Below are positions 12,187-24,685 of a stretch of DNA of 64,000 nt, piece by piece; positions within the stretch are counted from its first letter, which is position 1, and every line of letters begins with the position of its first letter. The position numbers and the translations under genes were made by a program. The notes beneath the pieces were generated by a model. That model did no database searches. It was not told where the DNA came from and worked only from the letters and a program-made list of their open reading frames with translations. Where the stretch lies: assembly GCA_032718475.1 (NCBI GenBank), contig JAUCBJ010005021.1:1-64000 (forward strand), in the 5' to 3' direction. Source of the stretch: Nemertoderma westbladi. Lineage: Eukaryota; Animalia; Xenacoelomorpha.

Positions 12187-13020
12187 GAAATGCAGTCTTC
12201 TTTGTTTAAAATTATAACGCCATTACCATTGTCTGGCTTCATAATCACGATGTTCTTGTCTTCTTTGAGGGTTTCAATTGCGCATCGTTCGCTTCTCATT
12301 AAGGTTAACATCATAAGTTTTGCATTGTAGCAATGAAATGTTGAAAGAGTTGTATCATGTAGTCGATTCTTAACGAGATCTCGAGAGAACTCCTTGCTCT
12401 CCGCATGTGGACAGTTCTAAGAACATGGTACAGTTTTTCGAAGGGCACCAGATAACTCACATACTGTAGTCCAATCTTTCTGGAACAATGTAATATTGAA
12501 GGCTCTTAGTCAGTCAGTAGTGATTCTTCGGCCTGTGTTAAAATGTGGGAAGAGTAATTAAAAATTACTGAACCTGGCCTTAGGTTATCAGTTGCACTTT
12601 CACGAATCAGATTATTGAGTTTCTTGGAGTGAGTTTTCTCTCGTTTAGTAACAGAGCGTTTTCGCTTGGCATTACTCTGCCAAGTTAAGAACGCAAGTCC
12701 ATCGGTGACACAGAAAGTCGAAGTTTGGAACGTAAATTGAGTAGTTTTCCTTGCTTGCATCAAGGATTTTTGGTGACTGTTTATTTCAGCATTGTGCAGT
12801 TTTTGTTGCCATTCTGCATACTCTGGGAAGCCAAGAAGGAACCGGTTAGGCACTTTAAACTGGAGGAAATGCGGTGTTAACCCATCGTCTAGACACTAAG
12901 AAAATCGACATTAAGGGTGGCTTTCTCGTATTTCCATAGAGCTTTTTCATAGGAGTGGAAGAAAGATAGCGTTTCACTGGGGTATCGCTCAGATAGAACA
13001 TCAGTTACATTAGTTCCCAT
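12187..13020 (-). mobile_element. Penelope-like element fragment (N-terminus to start of RT)
   Basis: Degenerate frames give LTPHFLQFK, HSKKLNNL, IFNYSSHILTQAEESLL and IMKPDNGNGVIILNKED, typical of the PLE N-terminal/pre-RT region. Confidence 0.7.
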
Positions 13021-13029
13021 GGGGTAGCG

Positions 13030-13287
13030 TAAGCGAGATAAAAATAAGAAAATAAGCGAGATAGGGTACATAGATCCAATAGACATTATATTAAATTAAT
13101 TTTCCGGAAAGTTTTGTTAAACATACAGTTAACATCATCAGCCAATACTGCAAAAATATAAACGGTACTAAGTACTGTTTACCATGCAACTGTATGTTTA
13201 ACGAAACGTTCCGGAAAACTAATTTAATATAATGTCTATTGGATCTATATACCCAATCTCGCTTATTTATTATTTTTAACTCGCTTA
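13030..13287. mobile_element. Fold-back MITE with ~100-bp inverted arms
   Basis: 13030-13130 is an imperfect reverse complement of 13188-13287, with TA at both ends. Confidence 0.75.
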
Positions 13288-13763
13288 TTCTACTATTTAT
13301 GTTATTCCATGAATAGATCCATAGATTGTTGGGTGTGCACTTCATGGGTACAGGGACCAACTTATTTGTTTTAATTTCTTGTGGGATTTTCTTAGTTCTA
13401 TACATGTTTATGATAATGGGGAGAAAGAGCCCCAAATACTCATGTATTTCATAGACCTCAGGAAGGGGAGGACACCATCTACTCCACTACTGGCGGATTG
13501 GTCTTGATGGTCTTTGCAGCAGCCTTGACTGCAGCAAAGGAGATATCTCCAATGCGCATATCTGTGAGTACATGACAGATACATGATGTATCAGAAAGTG
13601 ATGTTTCTGTAGTGTGAAGCTGGATCTTAAACTGGGCTGTTGCAACAGAGAAGACTAATCATGCCATGGCAAGGCAGATTTCTTAGTTCTGCTAGTGTGG
13701 AGATTTGTCTTGGCTACAATAAGATGTTGATTACTGGTGAAAGAGCAGAGTAAATCCTTGAAC

Positions 13764-16700
13764 TACTACTACTACTAGGTCGAGCGAACTCGGACAGTGG
13801 AAATGAGATCCTTCCAGGCTTCCCGATTCTCCATAGTTGTCGCAATTTCGTTTCTCCCAAGTTCAGTATCCCTTTCAAGTTGATCTATATATGTTATGGC
13901 AGGTCGTCCACGACTACGCTTTCCATGAGTTGGTTGCCAGAGAAGTAGATCTGGTATGACCTCGTCTTTACTTCGCCAGCAGTGCCCACTGAATCTTAAT
14001 CTGCGTTCATGGGGAGTGGTTGATACAGGTGGTATTGTACCATAAAGCTCGGCGTTTGTCATGTGTTGTCTCCAGCTGATGTTTAGGGCTGCCCTTAGTA
14101 GTCTTGTGTAGCAACCATCAATTCGTTGTTCAAGTGATTTAGTCAGTGTCCAGGTCTCACCCCCGTATAAAAATACACTTTCCACTGTGGCTCGAAAGAA
14201 CTTAGTCTTCAGGTGCCTGGAGAGATCTGATTTCCAGATGGTATCCATTTTTGATAGAGCTACCCAAGCCTTTGCTTTCCTAACTTCTATGTCCTTTTTG
14301 CTACTCTCTATCCATGATCCAAGGTACTGGAAGTCATCGACCTTCCTTAGTTGATTATTATCAGTGGTTGTCAAGTTTCCATCAACATTAAAGGTCATGA
14401 ATTCGGTCTTGGTAGCATTTATATGCAATCCAACCTCCTTAGCAGCCCTCTCCACTTTATTCAGTAGAAGCTGTGCATCTGCTAGCGTATTAGAGAGCAG
14501 GGCGATGTCATCCGCAAAGTCGGTGTCTGTGACTGTAGTTGCCGGATATCTACTACTTCTGCGTTCTTGAAGTGTGAATCCCAGATCTTCACCCTTAGTG
14601 GCCGCCCTCATTGCATAATCCAGCACAATTACAAATAGTAATCGTGCTAATGTGTCACCTTGCAGTACGCCAGCCAGGATTGAGAAAAACTCAGTTTTAC
14701 CATCTGGTGAGAGTACCTGCGCTTCTGTGTCACAATATAACAATCCAATGCCAGCAACAATTACTTCTGGTATTCCATAAGCTCTTAGGATTTCAAGCAT
14801 TTTACCTCTATGGATGGAGTCGAATGCCTTCTTGAAGTCCACAAATGTCATGACTGCGGAGAGATTCTTTGACTTAATCTCCGTAGTGCAAGTATCTGAG
14901 CTATTGTTGATCTACTTGGTCGAAATCCGTTTTGGCTCTTACGCAGTAGTTTCTCTATGTGAGGCCTAATCCTATATAGAATCATTTTATTGTATATTTT
15001 GGCAGCTACCACGAGCAGACAGATCCCACGATAGTTTGTTGGTATGCCGAGGTCTCCTTTCTTGGGGAGAGGCTTTAGTTGACCTTTAGTCCAAATTGGT
15101 GGTGGCTTTTCCCCTTTTAACATCCGGTTGCAAACATGCAATAATGGTCTATTTAGCACTCCGGTTTTCCATACCTCCGCTGGGATTTCATCTAATCCAC
15201 TCGCTTTATTATTGGACATGCTTTTAATGCTTCTTTGGAGTTCGGCAGGTGTGAAGTCCCCTGTTTCTATAGGTAGTGTCTTGTCATATATTTTCCTTGT
15301 AGGGCTGACCTCGATGTTTGGTGGCTGCCCAAGCAAGTTGCTGAAGTGATTTTTCCACTTCCCAACACGTTCTTCAGGACTATCGGCTTTGAGGCGCCCC
15401 TTTGCACAACTTTTCCGACCAGATACCTCATTTACAGTTTGCCAGGTAAGTCTTGATTGTTGCTGTATGTGAGCAGTTGTAATTGCTTCAGTTTTATCCT
15501 GTATGTACTTTTCCTGGCTGATGTTGTAGGCCAATTTAAGATCGTCCTTAGCTTTCTCAACCTTGTTAATGTTTTCGGTTGTTGGTTGTTCGGTTTTAAC
15601 TTTGTAGGCTATCTTAAGATCTTCTCTCTTACAAGTAACCTCAGAGTTTTGCCATGGCACATACTGTTTACGTTTAGGTTTCTGGGGGATATGCCTCTTA
15701 GCTGATTCCTTGTGGGCTGTTATTATATTCTGGTATATTGAATCGGTGGATTGGTCTTCATCCATTGACTGAAGTGCTTCAAAGCGGTTTTGAACTTCTA
15801 CTGTATAAGCATCCTTTACAGCATTGTCAGTTCTGATTTCTCCCAGTCATAGTTGATTTGCTTGCTTGTCCTGGGTTTGCTGGCTCTCAAACTGAGCCTG
15901 ATCTCTGCAGTCACAATTCTGTGGTCCGAACCAATTAGGTTGAACGAGCTGTATGCCTCGCAGTTGATCATGCTATTTCTCCACTTTTTGTTTATAAGGA
16001 TGTAATCCAGTTGTGCTTTGGTTCCATTAGGGTATTGAAAGGTCCATAGCTTCCCCTTACTCTTTTCGAATGTGTTGATAGTTGGTATCAATTCACATTC
16101 TTCCATTAGGTCTAAAAGTAAGTGCCCATTTCTGTTAGAACTGGTGCTATAGGTGTAACCCTTGATGTCTTCTGGGCCAATTTGCGCATTCAGGTCACCA
16201 CCAATGACTTTAACATTGTGTTTCGGGATGTCCTTAATAAGTCCAGTCAGTTCTTCATAAAACTTGACTGCTTGTTCTGGCTCTGATGCATTGGTTGGAC
16301 TGTAGCAACATATAACTGTTGTCTTGGGATTCCCATCAAATGTTGCGATCATAACCCTGGAATTTATAGATTCGATGTTGTTTAGGGTCTTAAGTGCAAA
16401 TGAGCTTAGCAGAATTCCTACTCCACCAATTGATGCATTGGCCGAGTTTCTTACTGCTGAGCTTGTTACTAATGTCCATCCATTTCCAATGTCATTGTAC
16501 TTCATGGCAGTGTCTTCATGACAAATCCGATGTTCTTGGATGCAGATGATGTCGATGTTATATTCCATTGCCAGAGCAACCATGTCACCCTGTTTGCTCT
16601 GTGCTTTCAGCGTGCGTGCGTTCATTGTAGCAATCTTTAGTGTCTTTTTACATTTCAACAGGTTGGTTCTTCTTTCTTCTCTGTCTTCTGTTCCAGTAGC

Positions 16701-17291
16701 CAATTTATCGACCCCCAGCCTGGTGTACCACTGAGGGACGCGGTCCTTGTTGACCCGGGCGACGACCGAGCCGGTATTTCTCCTGGAGGGTTCTCATACT
16801 CATATCTTTCAGTTGCGGGAGTAAACCGCTTGTGGTCGCAACTCCTACAAGCGTCTTCGCAGTAGGTCGCCGTTGGTTGATTACCTTCCGCCGTCCTTGT
16901 CAGCATGTCTAGCCGTTGGTTGATTACCTTCCGCCTATCCATGGCCTACAGCCCTGCTGCCGACTGTAGGGGTCCATTTGTTACACCCTGAACCAAGTGT
17001 GCCTCCTGGGTTAGGTTACCTAACACTGGTAGAGGAGCATCCAGTATAGACAGGGCAGAGCTTGTATCATCTCTAATGCAGATGCGTATCAAGCCTTTGC
17101 CTTCAATGGTGCCCTAGGCGCTATAGCCCTCAATGACTTATTTAGTTGACGGGGCTGAACCAACCCACTCTTGATCAACTAAATAATGAATAGGCTATGC
17201 TTATCGGGCCTGCCCTACTGGGCTGACAGCTACAGGTAGTACCACTTTACTGCCATAGTGGTAGCAGGATCTGGGGACCTGACCTGACCTG
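13764..17291 (-). mobile_element. Full-length RTE-clade LINE (family A), 3.5 kb
   Basis: 12-bp TSD AAATCCTTGAAC (13752-13763, 17292-17303), (TAG)n tail overlapping the stop codon, (CAGGT)3 at the 5' end and an APE-RT reading frame. Confidence 0.95.
13775..16942 (-). pseudogene. RTE APE endonuclease-reverse transcriptase, frameshifted
   Basis: ORF pieces 16942-16655, 16703-15816 (IQEHR, YSPT, GDLN, LDYIL, SDH), 15765-14848 and 14851-13775 (FVDFKKAFDS, QGDTL, FADD, FQYLGS). Frameshifts near 15835 and 14880. Confidence 0.92.
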
Positions 17292-20200
17292 AAATCCTTG
17301 AACAGAGCTTCTGTATTCCTTAAAAAAACAGAATGTGGTATATCTGGGGGCTTATGGCCAATGCACTGGGTCCATTATAAATCCCAGCCTTCTAGTTCGC
17401 TTCTTAAACTGAGTCAAAGCCGAGAACAATAGATAGGAAGATATGAAGTCTAGATATGAAGTCCTGAAGATGGATTGGATTTCGTTTGACGCCCAGAATT
17501 CAGGCTGATACACTACATCAGTAGCTGCTTGAAGATTGTGGTAGAAATTTTCCACCTCCTCTACTGGGACAAAAGTGGGTGAATAGCATCTTGGGAAACC
17601 CATCTTAGGAAACTTCTTACCCAGTCTTACAGAACATGAGAAGTGGTAACAGATAATGCGGTTGGTTATTTGGTCTATTTTATCCAATGCTGCATGTCCA
17701 GTTTGATTCATCGATATACCAATTCCTCCATTACCACTGCCATCTGCTAGGGCAATGGAGAGTCGCCAACTACTCCCCATGTCCTTAATCAGAACCTCAT
17801 CAGTCTACCCATTCTGCATTCTGTGCTCTTGAACACCCACTGCGCTAAGGCAGGCATAGCCTGTTTATCAGGGATGTCATCTTGCCTTGTTGCTGTGGGG
17901 AAAGTGTTAGGGTGTTACCTAAGGCGAGTCTTAGTGACTTGCATCAGGTTCAGCAATGGCTGGATTGCTCAGGGGAGGGGGGGGGGGGGGTGAGAGTAGA
18001 ATCAAACTCTAGAATCCCTCTTTCCTTCACAACTGGGCTCCCTGGTGACACAATGTTTGGGCCCAAATCTCATCAGGAAAGGACTCAAGAATTGTTCGCC
18101 ACACTCTCTCTCTCTCCAGTAATGGGTAAGACATGCAGCCAGTTAGGCGATATATGTTTCCCTAATGTCGTTTGCGTCTGGTAAATACACTGGCCCCTAA
18201 TGGCATGACCTCCGCCTGCATACTGATATGTTTCCATAGTGTGAGTTGTGGGGTGAATATTTTTCAGAGTCAGCTCCCTAGTTTGCCATTCCACAGGGCA
18301 GATGTCGCTGTAGAGTCAGATATGTCACCCACTGTCTCTCTGATGCACATGACCCACCATTGGTTATGCAGTTCATGCCTGCTGCCAGGTGCAGGTTGCA
18401 GTGGAGAGCGCTCAAATGGTACAAGAGCAGCACTCTACTTTTCACCAACCATTAATAGATTACCATCTGCCTGTGTCAGGCCATATACCCCTATAGCCGA
18501 ATATAGGTCCTTAACTCAGAATCTAGAAGGACCTATTTACGAGACCAGACGTTATGCCCACAGTAAGATGGTTTAGATGCTTTAGTAAGATCTCAGTAAG
18601 ATGGTGCCACACAGGTGGCAGGCACATGTCCTTTACAGTATGCGCCGCGGATTTGGCAGGTTTTCTTGATCAATTACCCAGAAGAACTGACTTAAATCAG
18701 ACATTACACTATTAGTGCGACTGAGCACATCAACCTTATAGCACTGCCACTATAGATATGATTGTATCTCGTGATTTATACTACTGCAGTAATATACATT
18801 TATTGGAATATCATTGATGGAAATAAGTTACATCAACTTGATAATATAGATACTCATCTTTACAGATAAGAGGGGGGGGGGGGGGGGGGATATTACATAT
18901 GACATATGGGTGATATCTCATACGACTTTCGACGCAATATAAATTCACCCCACTCCGAGAAAACATCCCCTAAAATAAAACTGTAACCTGTTATATTGAA
19001 TTTAGTTTATTGTTTTGGTTAGAATAATGCCCCAATATGAACATTTTTATCGCTAAATAGGGAGTAATGAGAGATAATTAATAGAGATATAATTTTACAA
19101 GGAAATGTTCTGATATGAAGGAGCAATTTACTATACATGTATTCTTTATCACTCTTTCCCATACATAAGTTACATGCTGCAGGTGATGTTGTCATTTGAA
19201 ATCTCATATTTTCCCAGGGAGGTAATGCGTTTTTTCTTCTCAGGCATTTGCATAAGTTGCAACATATCTTTTTTTAACGTAATTATTAATGATTAACTAG
19301 CTAGCTACAGTAGGCCTAATAATGCTGCTGGTATAGCATAGATACTTATGAATGACGGGGGATATTTAATTTGGTCAACGCGCACAGCCAGCAGTATCCA
19401 GGTTGAGGAAGGACCCGGCTCTATAAGAGCTTAGTTGTATGTATGTTTAAAGTGGATTAAATTCGACTTCTGAGTTCATAAATTGACATCTGGTAAACAC
19501 CCACCTATATGTAGTACGTATTATTTGTTTGAAATATTTTTTAGCGTCAATCACGAAAATCGATTTAAGTTTCTTGGGTTGATGAATTTTCTCACATCAT
19601 TCATCATTACATTTGAAGTCTCAACCCAATTCAAACATCACACGACCCACCAACCCAGCGATCTTAACATATCTATTGAAATAATTATTAAAGCTCATGT
19701 GATATTGATCATTATTATTGTAACGTATGCCGCGGGACTAAACTAAGTATTCGCTCCAATAACATTTTGATATCCAATCGGCATTACTGGTCGCCCTTGT
19801 ATATGATGATACCGAGTGTACGTGAAATTATATCTATTTGGATTTCCAATATGTACAGACAGAGATATGGTCAGTGAAGAAATGGACCACTGTGAAAAAT
19901 ACAAAGATTGCTACATGCTGGATGGCTGGATGCCAAAGATCAAGAAGTGTTTCCATGTACTGCTAAAGATGTTGAGAAATATCCATGGTAAACCAGAATA
20001 TTAGAAAAGGTATGGCGACTCTAGAAGCAGCGGAATTAGTTTATGAAAACTAGAACTGCCGTCAAGGATATGCATAAAAAGTGGATGCATCAGTGGACTT
20101 GAATCGTTGGTACAGAACCATGAATCAAACAATCAATCAAAGATTGTCAGAATGATGCCATCTAGCTAGTAAATGAAAATGTTATGATGTGATCGAATAT

Positions 20201-22772
20201 CGAATGCATGATTGAGAAGTTATTGTGATTATGAATTGACAATATTTCAGCCGATGGTAAAGCTTCTGAAGTAACTACTACTACTGTAAAGTATATCCAA
20301 GAACGGTCGCAAACCGTCATGCTGATGACTAGATAGGCTAAGAATAAACTAACTACATCGCACCAGTGCGGTTATGTAGCAACCTATGTTGAAATTCGAT
20401 TGCTGTTTGTAGACTGTATACATCATTAACACGTTGTGGGCCCTTCTCGCAGCACGAGAGCATATATGTAAGAAAGTCTACTAATCGTCATTAGATATAC
20501 GAAAACCGTCCTTCCCAAAATATCAATGTGTGATGAATTCAGATTGCGTTATAAAATAAATACAGAGGTGCATTTCAATTTATTTTCCCTTGCACGCATT
20601 AATTGCAATTAATATAGCTACTAACTAGTTTGCCCTCTAGCGTCTAACTTTAAAAGTGTAGATGCAACAGCGTCCCGCAAAGACGCAGCCAATTTTCTAG
20701 TACATATGACAAGTTTCAGCTTAAACGGATTAAACGGTGGAAAGGACGAAAATGCCATTAGAAGGAACTGTAAAGCTTATTAAAGTCACAAACTCTTAAG
20801 TAATGTCACTTGGATTCAATACCAACTTGACTACTAATATTAACTGTGAAGATTTTATTGCCAATAATTACTGTAATGATAAAGTTCCAATGTATAAGGA
20901 CCATTTTTGTCAAAAGCAACTGCATTGCCAAAGGAAGTTGTTGTCTTGATACACAGATTCTGGATAACTTCTGATGTATTGTGCATTATGCAATCTGATG
21001 TAGTTAAGCTAATGGAAAGATTAGTCAATCAACTTTATCAGCTAATTAACTTACCACCTCACTTTAAACAGACCACACGACCCCATGCTGAGAGCTTACC
21101 TTCAGTTTCATAGAACAGAAACTGCATTACTGTTAGTGACTAAAACGACATTCTCCATGGAATTAAAAAGGAAAACCAAATCTATTTGGAATAAAATTCG
21201 CGGTTCGGAAGAAAATGTTGCGTTTTGATAAAATAAAGTTTAGGTAGATACTAGATGTAGTCTTCCGTTAAGTCATTATTTTCTGCACTATTTTAATAAC
21301 ATTTTCTTCATTACTTGGGAAATGTTCATTTGGTTGGGTGGAAATGATATGAATATATTAAATTGTGATTCATTAATTTTAAAATTATATTATAAACCAT
21401 GTGTTGTGTATAGGTTTACGCTGAATGATAATACATTCAATATGCAGTAAAAACTACGAAGAATAAATTTGCCATAATGTAACATTTTGCGGATTTGCTA
21501 CTTTTTGCGTCAAATCGCAACTGTTGCCGATTGCCAAATGGTAACATTTTTATCAAAGCATTTTTGCCAAATCGCCGTTTATTTTTGTATTAATATTTAG
21601 CACGTTGTAACAATTAAGATAACTGAATGGCAACTTTTTACCCTATTTGGTGTGACTGTTACCGAATTCTCGCAACGTCACTTGACCAACTTGAAACACA
21701 TTTGAGCACTGAAGCATGTTAGAGATTCTAACAGTTGTACCGTGTATTTCAGCTATTTCAGATGCATTAGTCGTTAGTGAGGAGTGCAATATTGACATTT
21801 CGCATCAATTAATACACCCAATCTGAAAACAAACACTGATAAAACTGTCGGAATTGCAGGTCAGCATTTAGCGGATAAGAGCATCTTTGTGCGTATATAC
21901 CTCTCCAATTCTGGAAAGCATGGAAGTCTAATGAAGTGAAGAAATTTACGGGTGATGATGGTGGTGAAGTGACTATATTGTATTATATTTATTGGGGACC
22001 AATATAATTATTGCAGGTCTTTTTTTGCAATGCAATGGTGGATAATTTGCAGAGGAGAGTGAATGTACAAAACAAACGCCAAGAAATAGTACCTGCTCTT
22101 AGGGAGTTTAATCAGGTTATAAATCATTACAATCTAACTGATTCTGGCACAAATACATCCTGTGATGAAAGTAAATGGTGAATAATGTGGCCTCGGGGTC
22201 ATTTAGTTCTGTGAGTATACGAAAAGACAGATCCTCATAAGATGCTCAAATGTGGTCGTAGCTATGAAGCCTGTATAACAATACCAGAGCTTTAGAACGA
22301 AGCAGGTAATTCGCTGTTGGAATATCTCACACAATGGAAGACCGATTGTATTTCCAGTTCCGGGGAGTTTTTGAGGGAACAGGACAAAATAAACAAGACC
22401 CAGGAAAATTACAAAATAAGTGAAAGTTATGATACATGGAAGTTATGAGTCCGGTTACAACATAAATAAATAAATATCATATGATTAATGTGCCATATAA
22501 TTTAATGAAAACAGATGATATATTGGGATATAGTCTGAGTATATATTTCGTACGTTCCTCTATGTTCTTCTATTCCAACATTATTTCATGTAATATGGAA
22601 GGACACGTTGCTGGTATAGGAAGAACACCAGCAAACTCTGAAAAATGTCGGCTGGTTCCAAGATACAGACTAGTCCAAAAAGTTACAACGCCCAACCGCA
22701 GTCTGCTACGCTGTGTGCATAGCATGATCACCGTCCTGCAAATCTCTTGGATAGGGCAGTACTATACCAGCG

Positions 22773-23683
22773 CCGGTGTCACAAGGAAATCAGCCCCCCC
22801 TAGAATATGCCCCCCGGGGCATTATTTCCTAGGATATTATGTCCCCCCGGGCAATTTTTCCTAGGAAATTTAGCCCGGGGGGGCATTTTCTCCTTAGGAA
22901 ATAATGCCTCCCCTCAGGAAAATTAGACCCCCTCAAAAGTCTGAAAACTGGTACGATACCGGTCTGCTGGTAGCCACTTTTAATCTACCAACTGCAGAAC
23001 TTGTAATAGTTGGAAGAATAGTACGGTACCGGTCTGCCGGTAGGTAAGCAGGTAAGGCAGTAAAGGGATGTAGTACAGCATACTGAAGTATCTAAGTCAG
23101 TAGGCTACTGTGTAGTAAGTACTGGTATAACAGCAGTGCGAGTGTGTGGTGTTGTGTGGGCGCCGAGCAGCTCCAAGCTTTTTTTAAGTCTGTAACCTGC
23201 TCCTTTCCCTGATTTGGTAAAGTGATTGTTTATTGTTTTGGTTAGAAAATCCCGCCTCTGTAACCTGCTCCTTTCTCTCAATTGGTAATGTTATCGTTTA
23301 TTGTTTTGGTTAGAAAATCCCGTCTCTGTAACCTGCTCCTTTCCCTGATTTGCTAAAGTGACTGTTTATTGTTTTGGTTAGAAAATCCCGCCTCTGTAAC
23401 CTGCTCCTTTCCCTCAATTAGTTAAATGATCGTTTATTGTTTTGGTTAGAAAGGCGTAACCTGCTCCTTTACTTCATTTGGTAAAGTGACTGTTTATTGT
23501 TTTGTATAATTTTTGTAAGTTTTAGTAGTAATAAGTTTTGTTTATTGTATAATTCAAGGGGGGCATAATTTCCTAAGGGGGGCATTTTTTCCTAGGGAAA
23601 TTTGCCCGGGGGGCATTTTTTCCTAGGAAAATATGCCCCCCCGGGCACATTTCCCGGGGGGACATATTTTCCTGTTACACCGG
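22773..23683. mobile_element. Non-autonomous DNA transposon (MITE) with CCGGTGT...ACACCGG ends and subterminal repeat arrays
   Basis: Imperfect TIRs CCGGTGTCACAAGGAAA / TTTCCTGTTACACCGG and inverted gggggcat..ttcctagg arrays at both ends. No clear TSD, so the superfamily is unassigned. Confidence 0.8.
23189..23503 (+). repeat. ~69-bp tandem repeat, about 5 copies, inside the MITE
   Basis: Unit tctgtaacctgctcctttccctgatttggtaaagtgattgtttattgttttggttagaaaatcccgcc. Confidence 0.9.
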
Positions 23684-24594
23684 TCGAAACTAAAATGAAA
23701 CTGTCTGGGGCTCGGAAACCAGAAAATAATATTTTGCAATACGCAATGTTATCAAATCTACTGAAAAAATAATACTTTCACAAGAGTTAATCTCAATAGC
23801 CAATTGACCTCATTTATATATCGACTAGTCTGCTACTTTTGACCGCGTTTGACATAAAAATTGTTATAGGAAGGGATCTAGGTATCTAGGATCGAAGGTA
23901 ACATTGTTACTATCAATAATCAATAAAAATTGTTGACAATCTTGACAGGGCTGATGTGAAAGTGCACTTATTATTAAGAATATTATTAATAATTAATTAC
24001 AATACACAAAATACCCCAATCGTCACCGTCCTGCCTAAGATTAAATTACATATAATCTTAAGAAAACACAAATTTATCTATAATTCTATTGTAATTGATG
24101 TATATTGAACTGGTTAGTCAGACAGTAACCATGAGCTAATATGCGAAAATATATCAGAGTTGGATATAATATCGTAAACATATCAATAAAATTCGTTGAT
24201 ATTTTACTGAAAAACTCACTTTAATGTTTATCCAATATTGGGTTACTTAATTTGCTTAGTTTCTATTCGAACCAACAGCCCCCACCCCGTACTGTACGAA
24301 GCATAATTGGATGAAATTGGCGGATGTACAGAAGCAAGATATCCCATTTATGGAATCTTAGCAACTCTCATTAATTCCGTGATTAGTTTAAGGCGGTGAT
24401 TGAGAATATGACCTGTGTTTATTATTATATCCATAGTCGTTAACTTTTGCGTTATCACGGCCTGCGATGTTACATCCTTTACAAGATTATGCCGGTTGAA
24501 GTTGTTTCAGTTACAGAGTCGGGATCACCAATGCAATTATCGATATTGACTCGAGTTCATACCAAAATATTGAAGGTATGATATACCGAATCTG

Positions 24595-24685
24595 TACCTG
24601 GCACCGCACCTAGGTTTCAAAGTTCCGCTTCTATTCAGCCGAGTGTGTTGTGTCTAAGACCACTTAGCCACCAAGACGGATACTG
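24595..24685 (-). mobile_element. Possible degenerate tRNA-derived SINE head
   Basis: Minus strand has an A-box-like TGGCTAAGTGG and a weak B-box-like TTTGAAACC. No proper cloverleaf. Confidence 0.3.

Larger units (their letters stand above)
13450..18300 (-). mobile_element. Second degenerate RTE family-B copy (5'/APE part), split by the full-length RTE-A; boundaries approximate
   Basis: 17304-17920 and 13600-13751 align with 9770-10610 of the first family-B copy. Confidence 0.8.

Noticed and set aside
19820-22420. Possible old LINE fragments (around 19850-20100, 20800-20950 and 21800-22400)
   Set aside because: Only isolated weak motifs, too degraded to call.
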